NCBI GenBank assembly: GCA_964016885.1
Contig: OZ024743.1
Span: 304,172,001 to 304,236,000 of the forward strand
Length of the DNA: 64,000 nucleotides
Reading direction: 5' to 3'
Source of the DNA: Eledone cirrhosa
Lineage: Eukaryota
The notes below the pieces were generated by a model. That model had not been told where the DNA came from. It did not search any database and was given only the letters and a program-made list of their open reading frames with translations. Both the position numbers and the translations under genes were made by a program. This document shows, in pieces, positions 24,367 to 38,462 of the stretch; the first letter of the stretch is position 1; the number at the start of each line of letters is the position of its first letter.

Positions 24367-26607
24367 TGTTATGCTTTGGAAGGGTCAATAAGGAAAACAT
24401 GCACCAGGTGCTTTCACTTCAATTTATTATAAATTAAATTTATAAATTTAAGAATGTATAAATTTCCGGTTGGTGGTTGGTTCCACAACCAGACGATTGT
24501 TCATATATTGTCAAATTTCTTTCGTCACACTTTATGTGACCTCTTCAGTGACTGGGGATTATTTTCTTGTTTTGTGCTTCTCCTTTGTTCTGTCCTACGC
24601 CATTTTGTTTTTGTGTGTGTTGTGTGTTTAGTTTGCGCATGTATTAAATCCGGGTGTCTGTGGGTGTTTATATTTGTTTATTTATTTGTTTATTTACATG
24701 TTACTGGTTGGTTGGTTGTTCTATTTGTGTGTGTTTTCATTTTGTCCTTAATTGTCAGTTGTGATGTTGCTATCCCATTCATGTTTTCTATTTAATTTTG
24801 TTTGGAGTTCATTTATGTTTATTGCCTCTGTGATTCGTCTAAACATTGCGTCTTTTCTGTGTGTAGATTCTATTTTTATTTCTATGTTCTCTAATGTAAC
24901 CTTATGTTCTATTTTAGCATGTTGGTGGAGTACAGATGATTCTTTACTATCTTGAAGCTCTCGCCAGTGTTCATTTATCCGTTCTCCTATACTGCTATAT
25001 GTCTCACCTATGTACACTATATTCTTATCTCTACATTGTCCTTCAGTAAATGTTATGCTATATACTACATTTCTAGTTTTACAGTTAATATGGGGGCTTA
25101 GTTTACAGATTATATATTTCTTATCTATACAGGGAGGTCTTTGAAAAGGGTATGTATTGCTAATAACTGTTTTTATGGAGGTAGCTGGTCTTTCTACTAT
25201 CTTAATATTGAGATTATGTTTATCTAGGGCCCTTCTAAATTTGTAAGCTAATTCACCTCTAGGGTTGTATTGATGAACATTACACTATGGTATTTACTGC
25301 TTTCATACCATGAGTTTATTCTATTAACCTTATTCCTAGTTCTTTCTATTCTATTCCAAAATGTGCTCCTATACAAGGGCAGGTCCCATTTGTATCATTA
25401 TTTACCATTTTTTTCCCATTTGTTTCTGGCTCTTCCATATATTCTGATTTTATCTCTCTGATTGTAAACTCAGAACTGCATACGGTGGATGAAGTGTTGT
25501 ATGTGTCTCTCTAGTTCTTTGGGGTTGCACATGCGGGACACGTTTCTCATCACCCGTACCAAATCCGCAATCAATATGTTGATTTTGGTGTGGTCCGAAA
25601 CAGCTGAGTTTCGGTGGATCAGATATTTGGAAGACATGGGTTTGGCATAATGGGAATGGAGAATTTGTTTTTTGTTATTAATGGTTTCTAACCAGAGCTC
25701 TGTGTCTAGTACAGGTAATCGATGGCTGGGGTGTTTGCTTGGATAGTCTATAGTAACTCTAATACTCTGGTGGATGCAGTTAGCTATTTGTTGGATGCTT
25801 TCCATGGTGTTTTTCTCTAATTCCTGACCTTTCTCTAGAGGGGGTGTTTTTCACTACGATGTTTATATCATCAACGTAGCGGGAGTACATTATCAGGTTT
25901 AAGAGGTTGCTGTCTTCTAATTGTTCTTTAAGTTTAAGTCTATTGTCCCACCATACCATGAATAGGTTAGCTATGTCACCTGCAATGCTAACACCAATGG
26001 CTGCTCCTTCCTCTTGGGCATATGTTTTTCCATTAAATTTGAACATATGTTCCTTAGGGTTAATTTTATACTGGCCCCCACCACATGTGCAATCATTTTC
26101 TTTAGTTCATCATGGTTTTGGGGGTTTCTATGGCTCTGGTCCACCCGTTCCATCTATCTGTGTGGGTTTTCTTGGCCATTGATGTAATGGTAGGTGGTCT
26201 GCCTCTTGCTGGTCTTGTAGCGCACAGGTTGCTAAGGTCATATGTATCTAGATAATCATTACTATAGGTAAGTTTAAGTAGGAGTCCCAGCTCACTGGTA
26301 TCAATCCCACGGAATTCAACATTGCTCTGACTGTTCATATCTACGCATTTCTCCACAGCAAAATCCACGTCAATGGATGGATATAAGGACACAACATCCA
26401 CACTTCCTATTATACGGTTTGTTAGGTCCCTAGATCGGTTACTTTCGGTGATTCTGCTGAGGATGTCCTCCGTGCTGTCACATATATCTGCGGACATTTC
26501 AATGATGGGGCGTATGATCAGGGAGATGAAGTAGGAAAGTCTGTAGTTACTAGCAATGATAGCTCCACAGACTGGCCGTGTTGGTGGTCCTGTGACAAAT
26601 TCAGAAA

Positions 26608-26610
<3 letters not shown>
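24367..26610 (-). mobile_element. PLE family B, 5'-truncated and decayed (RT + GIY-YIG, coding remnants 24748-~26600)
   Basis: IGSVDVVSLYPSID, QEEGAAIG, YSRYVDD, LPVLD, YIGET..ERINEH..R.I.EAI. Confidence 0.9.
24510..24552 (-). ncRNA. Minimal type I hammerhead of PLE-B
   Basis: GTCA-CTGAAGA-G-GTCACA..TGTGAC-GAA-AGAAAT-T-TGAC; helix III mutated. Confidence 0.65.
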
Positions 26611-26653
<43 letters not shown>

Positions 26654-26871
26654 GTGAGTTTCTTTTACAAAATGAAAAAATAACCGAGGTGTCCTACACG
26701 AGTGAAAGTATAAAGAAAAAAATATGAAATCGAAAATGCTACTGGCGTCTTATTTAAAATAATATATATTTATTTATTTGGTTCCTTTACCGGTTTCACC
26801 ATTCTTCTGCTTTTCAAGAGTAGAGTTGAGATGCAGGTTTTGTAGTTTTTCTCACATCTGTATATATATCT

Positions 26872-26940
<69 letters not shown>

Positions 26941-27000
26941 ACAGACGAGAAAACTATATATTATCGGTAGTCTTCTAGTCCAGCAGTCGCAAGCGGTGGG

Positions 27001-27056
27001 AGGGATCGTCCTGAAGAAGCCCTGTTAAGCCTGAAATGCATAGACGGTTGTTCCCC
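27001..27056 (+). ncRNA. Minimal type I hammerhead
   Basis: ATCGTC-CTGAAGA-AGC..GCCT-GAA-ATGCAT-A-GACGGT; palindromic helix III. Confidence 0.75.
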
Positions 27057-27100
27057 TTGTATGTATAAAAAAGAAAATTTCGCTCTACATGGCTGAATAC

Positions 27101-27661
27101 AATAAATGTAATCTGTGTTTTTCGAATATTAATATTAACATTCGATTCGTTTGCAATTGTGCAAACACTCTCAATTTTAAAGCCATGTCAGGAGAATGAA
27201 CACTTCATTCTTGCTCTTATGTTGGCATGCGAACAGAACTGCAGACACTAATGTTTCTGGGTATCACCCATCATCAGTACAACTCACTGTTCGCCTGCCA
27301 AACTGCCAGAGCTTGTGAAAATATATGCAAATCTGGCTGATCAGTGGATCTGCTAATATGCAGATTTGACTGATCAGCCAGTCTGCTAATATGCAAATCA
27401 GGCCGATCAGTCACTGTATATTTTTGAAAATAACATATATTTTCACTAGCTCAGACAGTTTGGCAGGTGAACAGTGAGCTGTACTGATAAACGGTGATAC
27501 CCAGAAACATTAGTGTCTGCATTTCTTTTCGCATGCCAACATAAAAGCAAGAAAGAGATGTTCATTCTCCTGACATGGCTATAAATTTGAGGATTGTTTG
27601 CAAAATTGCAAACGAATCGAATGTTATTATTAATATTCGAAAAGCTCAAATTACATTTATT
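27101..27661. repeat. ~228-bp inverted repeat with an HHR in each arm and a 33-bp x3 spacer
   Basis: 27101-27328 pairs with 27434-27661. Confidence 0.85.
27238..27283 (-). ncRNA. Type I hammerhead
   Basis: GTTGTA-CTGATGA-TGGG-TGATA-CCCA-GAA-ACATTAGTGT-C-TGCAGT; GUC site; mirror copy at 27478-27523 has core CTGATAA. Confidence 0.8.
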
Positions 27662-27664
27662 ATA

Positions 27665-28940
27665 TATATGTACATATAGTTTAATAAATAAACAGAGAAC
27701 AAAAAACAGAAAAAGGAAGAGGCAGTACAAATGATATTAGTATTAGTTTCACGCTTGAGAGTGGGTGGTGGTGGACGACGTTTCGGACATAAGCCCTTCA
27801 TCTGGAGAAAAGTGGGTACGAAGAGAGTGCCGAAGGTGTGGTGGCAATAATAGAAAGACATCTTTAAAAAATGGGGGTAGAGAAAAGTGACGAAAAAAAT
27901 GTTTAGAGTGTAAAGGATATGTTTTTAATAATAAAATTATAAATAAAAATAAAAATAAACAAGTAGTGAAAGGGTCTGAGGCATGTACGGGTGGTGGGGA
28001 GGAGAGTTTGGAGAGGGGAGATGGAGGCGGGGGTTCCGAGCGGGCAGGGCTGAAAGTGGTGTATGTGTATAAGTGTACGTGTGTGTGTGTGTGTGAATGA
28101 GAGAGTTGGGGGAAGAACGAGGTTCCATGTTCAGGTAAAAGGGAAACCGGTGTGTACATGGGGTGCGGTGTAAGTCGGTGTGTGCGTACGTGTGGATAGA
28201 GAAGGGGTCAGAGGGGTGGGGGAGAAGGGGGTGGAGTCCGTAGGCTGAGTGTGTGTATGTGTGGATACGCACGTGTGTGTTTGTGTTTATATGTCGTGTG
28301 GATGTAGGTGGCGTGGTTCGAAAATAATTTAAGTGTTTGTTCGTGAGTATGTTCCTAAGGTATTTCCTTGGAGTGAGTCAAGATGGAGATTCCACGTGTC
28401 GTAGGATAGATAGCTGGAACGATGACCGGTGGTGTAAAATAATGGTGTGGTTGTGCGGAAGTGGAGATGTGGAGTGCGCGCGCAACAGGAAGTGGTGAGA
28501 GGGTCAAGGCAGGGTGAAGAGATAGAAGTAGAGGAAGATGACAGGTAAAGAAAGGGTCTGTATGGAGTGTGGAATGTGTGTCTGTGTGTAAGGTGGACAA
28601 GGTAGAGGATGCGTAGGCATGAAAGGTGGAGGGAGAAGGTAGTGGTGTGGAGGGTTGTGTGTGGTGTTGTGTGGAGGGAGAAGGTGGTTTTGTGGTAGTG
28701 TGTTAGTATTATTAGTTGTGGGGTGGGCCAAGGGGGTTGGGGCGGTGAAACCGAGGAGTGTGTTAGTGCTGTTAGTGGGATATGTGGGGGGAGAGGTGGG
28801 CGGTCGAATGCTAAAGGAATGACGTGGGGAATTCAGTCCGGGGTGTTTGTGGGTCTGTAGGGTGAAGATGGTGTCTTGCCTGACCGTAAGGCGGGTGGCC
28901 GGTGTCCTATGGCATTGGATCAGGCCACAGACTGTGAGGT
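27665..28940 (-). mobile_element. 3' remnant of another PLE (end of GIY-YIG, long C-rich 3' UTR, partial HHR at ~27770-27810)
   Basis: Minus strand ~28935-28828 reads TVCGLIQCHRTPATRLTVRQDTIFTLQTHKHPGLN, like the I..L.T..P.GLN end of PLE endonucleases; CAGATGA-A-GGGC-TTAT-GTCC-GAAACGTC near the 3' end. Confidence 0.55.
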
Positions 28941-29207
28941 ATATATATATATATATATTTCCAAATTGAAGGATGAGTATTTGACCTTAATTTTATTCTG
29001 AGTTAAGACTCGATTGGTTTTTTCCCCTGGATTTCACAAAATCTGTGGATAAAATTTGTGTCTTGACATTTATTTTTTTTTTTATTTTAATTGAGTTTGA
29101 AATATTTTCCCATATCTTAAGTTAAATATTTTCCATCTTGACGTTATAGTCACTTATATAATATGAAATACTGTTGGCTTCTTGCTCACATTAATTTCTC
29201 TATTTTC

Positions 29208-29251
<44 letters not shown>

Positions 29252-30310
29252 GTATATATATATATATATATATATATAAATGTATATATATATAAATATA
29301 TATACAAATGTATATATATAAATATATATAATCGTGTATATGGATGGAAAAATAGTTCCTTTTAAATCATTTTTATTTACACGTTTCAAGAGAGATTTAT
29401 CTCCAATTAATCGAATAATGTTATGTGAAAATGTGTATAATCAATATCTATACATATGCATTGATATATATATAGTTATATATATATATATATATACATC
29501 TCCATAATATGAAGAATAAAAATATATATATTGAATAAAAGCGGAATACATCCGAAATACAATTCGCACCTTAGATATTTTGGAGGACCTTCTATTTAAT
29601 ATATTTCTTATTCCTCTGCATATGTATAGATATTGATAATACGAATTTTCACATAAGATCATTCGAATGATTGAATCATGTATAACGAACTAAAAATGCT
29701 TTAAAAGATAATTTTCCCATATAGATTCTTGATTATATTTGCTCTGTATAGATGTTTGCATTTTCAATAATTTCTCCTTACACAAACCTCTATCTCTTCA
29801 CACCAACACAATATGTGAACACATTGAGCTAATTTGTGAACAGACCTGACAAGTATATACTATAATTTTCGATCGCCTTCCCACTCACTCGATCTTTCAA
29901 TTAAGCTTGCATCTTTAAGATAGCAACCTAAATAAATACAGAGTGTACACTAATACGTTAAATAGTGAGTAGAACGATTTCGGGTGGGTAGAGAATTAGA
30001 TTCCTTCTTCCAGAACTAATTAATTATTTCTGTTCTCTCTGTTGGCGACAGACCATATGGAGCTGGCGTTCACAGAAAATTAGGTAATTCCATTAAGCCT
30101 TATGCAATTCCGGCTAAGGATGGTTTCACCAGCGAGGAAAATTAGTCCCTTTGGAACAAATTCGTCCCTGCCAGTCTTGGTATGAGATCATTATTACAGT
30201 AGTAATCTTCAATCTCAGTGTCATGTGACAGTAATGCGAAGGTACCAGGCAGCTACTGCCTCAATGATTACGTTGACACAATTTTTTTTTTATGTACAAA
30301 ACACTCGACG

Positions 30311-30831
30311 ATAAATGGAAAAAGTGAAACGAAATTTCATTTCTCACTCTTAGTACGGCTGTTACTTAAATATAAGTATGTATACGTACATACATATATG
30401 TATACAGACGTACAGTAGTATGTATATATATACAAACATGCACACATATGTATATGTACGTATGGATTCACCGAACATTTATTTACAGCCGTAATAAGAG
30501 TGAGACATTTCATTTCATTTCATTTTTTCCATTTCTCGTTTTCGGTGCGCCCGGCCGATTAACTCACTCGATATGCAAATTAGGCTGCTCAGCTGTTAAT
30601 ATGCATAAGGAAAGTATATACTGTCAGACGTACAGGAAGGTATACGGTGCTGATGATAGCTAATAAGCTTGAAACTAGTACATCTTTCCTTTGTCATTGT
30701 TAAACAAAAGGGCAACGATAGTTGCTAAACACTGTACGGCTTAATTAGGGGTGTTTGTTTACAAACAAACCGAGCATTATAATAAATGTTCGGTTAATCC
30801 ATACGTACACATATATATATGCGTGTGCATG

Positions 30832-30868
<37 letters not shown>

Positions 30869-30973
30869 TTCTGTACGTCTGTATACATATATGTATGTAC
30901 GTATACATACTTATATTTAAGTAACAGCCGTACTAAGAGTGAGAAATGAAATTTCGTTTTATTTTTTCCATTT
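30311..30973 (+). mobile_element. Second retrozyme-like family (~420-bp unit), >1 unit plus inverted 5' piece
   Basis: 30311-30482 is an inverted copy of ~30782-30973; homologous to 55748-56847; no ORF. Confidence 0.75.
30634..30690 (+). ncRNA. Minimal type I hammerhead
   Basis: AGGAAG..GGTG-CTGATGA-T-AGCT-AATA-AGCT-T-GAA-ACTAGT-A-CATC-TTTCCT. Confidence 0.85.
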
Positions 30974-30985
30974 ATATATATATAC

Positions 30986-31081
<96 letters not shown>

Positions 31082-31147
31082 GTTATTCCGGGTTGAATCG
31101 GAGGTAACCACAGTAAGTAAGGTACTCAATACATAGCAGAGTATAAC

Positions 31148-31397
<250 letters not shown>

Positions 31398-32889
31398 GTG
31401 TGTGTGTGTGTATTTGCGTGTATTGATAAGAAAATAATTTAATGAGAGCAATTTATAGAAAAATGCTATATTATCAGCATTAGATTTCTTCTGCAAATAT
31501 ATTTATCTTTAAATGATTCAAATTGAACAGCAAATGTAAATGTATTTCTTTTCACGTTATAGCATTTCTAAAATATTGTAACGCTGAGATGTGTTAGCTG
31601 TAAGTCAGTAGACATTTAGATTCAGTTTACAAGTTTGTATGGATATTATTTGACTGTTCATGTGTATTTGAATGTGTGTAGTAGTGAATCACGTTGTTTA
31701 ATTGATTTAATCCATACTTTGAATATGTTCATGCACAAGCATTTATACACACTACTGCATGAATGCTTGTGCAGTTATTTTTCTTGCTTATATACGTGAA
31801 ATATTTGCTAAATAATGCTTGGTGTTGCACTGTTACCTATGGATTTGTATGTTATTGGTGTGGTCTGACAACAATTGTCGAGAGATTTCTGCTGTTAGAG
31901 TTGTCATTGATGATTTTTCATATAGGAGTTTGTGTTTCTTGTTTGCTTGAGATAGTGACGTTAATAAAGTCATGTTTATTGTTGTCGATGATGTGGATGA
32001 TATATTCCTAATTATAATTGTAAAGGCTTTCGTGTTAGAGAACATAACAATAGTCGGTATGAGCGGTTTACTACGGTTTGTGTGTGATTCATGTGTTAAA
32101 AGCTAATATTGTTAATGGCAATATTACTGCCGGTGGGTGTAGTAGTACTTGTAAACTATATTGATGTGACTGTTAGGGTTAGGACGCTATTATATTTTAG
32201 AGAATTTGTCATTTAAGGAAATGTCATTTATTTGGTATTTATTATATTCATCATTCTTTTATTCATTTGGTGTTTGCTGTGGCATCAGGTTTTGCAACGC
32301 ATCTCCAAGCATGTGATGCTTCTTCTCTACACCAACGTTTCACACGACATCCTACACCAAGTTGAATAATTGCTGAAGGAGTACTTGATATGGTAGAGGC
32401 TGAATCAAATACCACAGATCCGATATTAAGCTGAAATATCTGAAGGCTTTGAACACTGGAGCTATTAATTATGAAGAATATGATTTTGCAAAATGTAACT
32501 GATACAAATGATCTCATCACTACGGCGCATTTCTGGCATAAGATTCGACTTCAACAAATGATTGTACGTGATTGTTTTATAAGCCAATGGGCCCTTCGGC
32601 TGCATGTCTGACATAACTATCCCGGCAGGATGCGAGTCTTATATTATTTTTTAAATAAAGATCCGTACGCCCAGTATAGCGTCCATTGCTTTCAGTCAAA
32701 GTCAGGTAAGACCCAGCTCACCTTTTAGGCAGGATATATATGGCATGAAGTAATGAATGATGTCACTATCCACTCACTTATTGTTTACTCTAAGGTAAAT
32801 CGAAATTTACCAGCACATTCCAACTGTGGCTACTATGTTTTAAGAGTGTAAGGGACATATTATTTAATGCGGTTTGCCTCATATAAAAT

Positions 32890-33068
32890 AATAGTTTCTA
32901 CTATTGGCACAAGGCCAGCAATTACCGAGTACATTACTGGCACTTTATTATATCGACCCCGTAAGGATGCAAGGCAAAGTTAACCTCGGCGGGATTTGAA
33001 CCCAGAATAGCAAGGGCCGTAACTCTATGCGTCAAAGCATGGCGTCCGACCCTCTACCGATACTGCCA
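32890..33068 (-). mobile_element. tRNA-derived SINE
   Basis: Same family as 5421-5611; box A and B on minus strand. Confidence 0.85.
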
Positions 33069-34904
33069 AATAAAATAATAAGTAGGATTTAAGAAATGTA
33101 CGGCAGTTAATTCTATACCGATTTAGGATACACGTAGACGTTGTTTTGTTGATTAAAGTGTATTCTGGCTAAGGACTTCATCAAGGATTATTGTGGAGCT
33201 GTTCACATTTCTCTCTATCGTGAAGTTATTCTTTGTTACTGTGTCACATATTAGTAGAGCCAGTTTCGTTGCTCTTTCTGTTTTGGTTTACCTAAAGGCT
33301 AACTGTGATATAGTTGATCAATCAGCAGGATCGTTTCAGTCCCATATTAAATCAGATATACCGTATCTAGGATTACATTATCCATTGTGGCCTATGTATT
33401 TTAAGAGAGATGTTGTGATTTGAGGGACATAGTTTTGCTTTTTCTAGCAAACATGCTAACATTTTGGCTCGTTTGCTACACCCAAGTAAGCCTTCTGTGA
33501 GCAAGATTTGATCAATGGCGTGTTAGCAATGACTATCTCATATATTTAAATATTAGAGTCAATTAGATCGTCCTATAATTGTTTCGGCTTGAAATTAAGG
33601 TTTTCCGTTTTTACACGTTCGAATAAGAATATAGAGGTTCACATATGTTGTTCCCATTAATGGAAAACGAAGTCATGGTGATTCTGGTGATGTTGTTATT
33701 TGGGAGAAATTAGTGTTGAAATGTTAACCAATCTTCTTCGTGATATTAGTAGTGTATGAAGCAGCTCTCATGTCAATTATGGTGGCGGCCGTGATGGCTG
33801 AAGTGTTTTTCATATTTGTGAAGAAGGTGAAGTGTTATATTAATTTTCGTTTGTAAGCAAAACAATTACTTTTAAATTTAACTTAGATGAATAAATAACT
33901 AAGACAAACACAGACACATTTATATATATATATATATTTATATATCATATATAGACATACATACATATGTGTGTGTATAAAATATTTTCACATCCTCTTG
34001 GTTATATTATAATCACGAACATCACCATCGCCGTCGTTATTTGTACCCTCAGCGTCATTAACAACAACATCCTGTTTATCAAATATTCGCTAGTCATCAA
34101 CCACTAAAAATACTATCGCAAGCACAATCACTTTGAGCCCGACTAAAAACACCAACACAATTACCACATTCGACACTTACAGAAACTCCTTATCCTCATT
34201 TTCATGATTGTTCTGGTCAAGTTCATCATCAACTTTCATCATATTATTCCACCTAATCCTCCTCCCACTCCTCTTCCTTATCATCATCGTCACCTGTATC
34301 TGTATGTCCCCATTATCATCATTAGCATTGTTAACATATTGAAACAGTATTTCAACATAGTGTTATTGTGTTAGAATAAGATTGAACAGCGTATAGATTG
34401 TTTCTATTTACTGTTCCTTTTTTATATTTCCGTTACTATTTCTTATTTTTCTTTTGTTTTAAGTCTTTGTGTGCTATGTCCGCATTGAGAATAATTCATA
34501 TCCGTATATCCGGAGAGTTTTATTAAGAGCTGAGTAAATTAAATCTTCTTCGACTAGTTGTCTTGCCAATTTTGTTATCCTTGTTGATTTTCCTTCAAGG
34601 CCTGTGCGAATTGTGTTGTCATTTGTTTTGCTCTTATTGTTCATTGTTGTTTCAAATTTTATAGAATTACTATTTCTCTATCTGTTCTGTATGTTTATCT
34701 TTATGTAGGTACGTGTGAATATGTACATATATAACAGTGTATATTTATGCGTGTGCGTATATACGTATGTTTGATTGTCTGATTTTGTCGATTACATATT
34801 CCTTACTCGGAATACTACTAACGATAATAATTCGAACGATAATAATTCGAACGATATTTGATAAAGAAACAATGTAATGCCACAGCAAATGTGATAATAA
34901 TAAT

Positions 34905-35062
34905 AATTGTTTCTATTTTAGGCACAAGGCCATCAATTTAAAGTAGTTTAAAACGACCCCAGTCTGTTAAAGGTGCTTTATTTTATCTACCGATCAAGGA
35001 CGAAAGGCAAAGCTACCTTCGGCGGGATTTGAACTCAGAGTGTAAAGGACTGTAACTCTATG
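34905..35062 (-). mobile_element. tRNA-derived SINE, diverged and truncated
   Basis: ggcgggatttgaactcaga and ttgtttctattttaggcacaaggcc motifs. Confidence 0.7.
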
Positions 35063-35952
35063 TCACAAAGTATATTTCCCGAAGCTCATCTGATGGGAAT
35101 ATAACTAAATTCCGGGGCTTGACCGAGAGCTTCCTTTTCATACCAGTCGCCGTCGGGGCCTCGGATGTTCTCGGCTGCTACACTGCTCATTTCCTCCGTA
35201 AAATCAAAAAGACTCTAGCCAGCCCGAGGAACGAGTGCCGAGAGCAGTTCTGTATCTGGTATAACCGAGAAATTTTAGGTTTATAGGTTTTTAATTCGTG
35301 GACATTACTTGTTTTATTATTCCATTTATATTGAATTTACGATGACATCATATAGTGTACACTTCCTTTGTGAAGAAAATAGATTGTGATGTGGTATGAG
35401 TAAGTGTTCTATGCTCGGTAAAATAGCGTATGTATTCACACAGATGCTAACTCGTCGACACATCGTCGTTTTATGAATAATTATCTGTTATACATGGATA
35501 ACTCTAGGATAGATAAAAATAGATATTAATGTGTTTTCTATATGGATGCGATAATGTCGGATATATACCTAAGTAGATACCTCTATATTGGAAAGAAAAT
35601 GTATATTTTTGGATAGATAGCCATAGCATAACCCTTAAATGAATTAGTAATTCCTAAAAGCAAAGGTTATTGTCGATAATGTCCTGTTTCCTACTTGGAG
35701 ATGTCATCATAAAAGAAGATGGATGCAACATTAATGATAACGAAATCGTTTACAAATAAGATTGAGTCAATGGGTGAGAACCGATTTAAGATAACAGTAC
35801 GTATCTCGTTGAATATAGCAGGTCCCTCGCTGTTCCAGGAAAACTATTACTGACACACAAATATATACACATGCAAACGCAAATAAACACATGTACACAC
35901 ATACACACAGACATACATACACACACACAGACACACACAAACACACACACAC

Positions 35953-35991
<39 letters not shown>

Positions 35992-36880
35992 TGTGTGTGT
36001 ATATGTGTGTTTGTGAGCGTGTGAATACGTCTATATGTGTATATTTCTCTCTATATATATATGTATGTATGTGTGTACGTATGTATGTATTCCTGGATGT
36101 ATGCATGTATGCATGAATGTATGTATGCATGTGTATATACGGGTCTAGAGATACGAAATAATAGAACAACCAACACTAAAATTGGAAGTTGAGAGTATTT
36201 TTATTAACAATATATTCATTTTATTTCTGTATTAACAGCGGTTTCAAGACGTAAATACGTGTTTTCGAAAATATTGGTTGATTCAAATTCTCTGATGATG
36301 CAAGTAAATCAGCGATATCAGTTATATGTGCCAACGGACGAACATTCTCAAGTTTGTGGTGCCAATTAATATCACAATATAATCATAGGCGCACTGGCAG
36401 CGTCATTGAAGCTGGCAGATATTCTACTGTATGTATTGTGTCACTGGTGGGGTGATTGTTCCATTGACATATGTGATGATCATTTAGTCCATTTGAAGCT
36501 GATGTCATACGGATGCAAGTGTCTTTATGGTGTAAATACTTATTCGAGTGTGTTGCCTGTCTGTTCCATGAACACGAATGAGCCAGGTAGAACAGTTTTT
36601 GTGGGATATCCGGCGCCACTGGTTTGAAGTTGGCGCCTTTAATTGGCGGGAGTTCAAAGATATGGTTTTCGATCGTCTGTAATCGATGTTAGCTGCTTAG
36701 TTTCTGTAGCTGAAGGTGTATCACCTGATTGTCTAACGTTTATATCATTCTCATTAGCAGTGTAGTGACTGTTTGGATATCAATATTTTCAAATTTTAAA
36801 TTATTCAAGCGCCCCGATAATCGTAATATATATATATATATATATATAAAAGAATAGAGGTGTAACACACAAGTTATTAT

Positions 36881-37548
36881 ATATTGGTAAACGGAATAGA
36901 AAATGCTGACAAATTGTTCACAGTTGAAAAATGGTATAATTAGGAATAAAAGAGTATTAGTGATTGTATGGGTTAGTATTCAGTTGTGGTTTTAAGTTTT
37001 TAAGTTTTTACCGGTTGCGCATTTCTAAATGCTTTTCAAAAATAATTTTGAGATAGAGTGTCCGTGCTGTTTGCTCTGATCTGATTAGTTTTGGGAATTC
37101 TACCTGTTTTTATGTTAAAATAGTGGCTCCATCGTTATTTTTGTGTTGCAAAAATTCTTGTGGTCAAAACAATTTTGATTGGTCGGTATGTGTATGTATA
37201 TATAGTGAATATCATTTCACACCTTTTATTGTTAAGATTTTTGATGTTCTATTAAGAGAACCGATTTTACTGAAAAAATCGAATAATGTACACCATTTTA
37301 CCAGGGGGGAAAAAATACTGGTCCACCCACACACACACACACACAGACACACACACACACACACATATATATACACAAACATATACACACGCGTACATCA
37401 ACATAGAAAGAGACTTATATACACACACACACACGCACTTCTCCGTATAAGACAAAAGCTGAAAGATATCTTTTGACATGCGAATATACCCCCCATTGCT
37501 TTCAGACACATTCTTACTGACCATCCTTGCCACCACAAATTACTCTGC

Positions 37549-37614
<66 letters not shown>

Positions 37615-37710
37615 CACGCACACACACTTATCTCTTGACATGCTAAAATACCCCCCATTGCTTTCAGACACATTCTTACTGACCATCCCTGCCACCACGA
37701 ATCACACTGC

Positions 37711-37745
<35 letters not shown>

Positions 37746-37835
37746 ATCTTAATAGCCATTTGATACACATCGCTGCTGGCCATTGTCGCAGCATCGAACA
37801 CCTTACTACTACTACTACTACTACACACACACACA

Positions 37836-37888
<53 letters not shown>

Positions 37889-38373
37889 ACACACACACAC
37901 ATATTTGTTGTGAAAGAGTCATTTCTCAATCTTGGCGCAAAACCAATTTTTTATTCACATGACCTCTACCGACCAATCAAAATTGTTTTGACCAAGAATG
38001 GTTGCTGAAGCCACTTTTTTAACATAAAAACAGTCTTGGCGCAAAATCAACTTTTTACATTCACATGACATCTACCGACCAATCAAAATTGTTTTGACCA
38101 CAAGAATTTTTGCAACACAAAAATAACGCTGGAGCCACTTTTTTAACATAAAAACAGGTAGAATTCAAAAAACTAATCAGATCAGAGCAAACAGCACGGA
38201 CACTCTATCTCAAAATTATTTTTGAAAAGCATTTAGAAATGCGCAACCGGTAAAAACTTAAAAACTTAAAACCACAACTGAATACTAACCCATACAATCA
38301 CTAATACTCTTTTATTCCTAATTAAACCATTTTTCAACTGTGAACAATTTGTCAGCATTCTCTATTCCGTTTA

Positions 38374-38380
<7 letters not shown>
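36881..38380 (+). mobile_element. Non-coding element with ~308-bp terminal inverted repeats (probably a PLE 3' UTR with inverted 3' end)
   Basis: 36881-37188 pairs with 38073-38380; internal duplications and (CA)n; HHR-like TTGAAAA-GCATT-TAGA-AATGC-GCA-ACCGGT-A at ~38222. Confidence 0.7.

Positions 38381-38462
<82 letters not shown>

Noticed and set aside
36290-36325. Isolated CTGATGA (also minus strand at ~159-165)
   Set aside because: No GAAA, helix III or helix I in register
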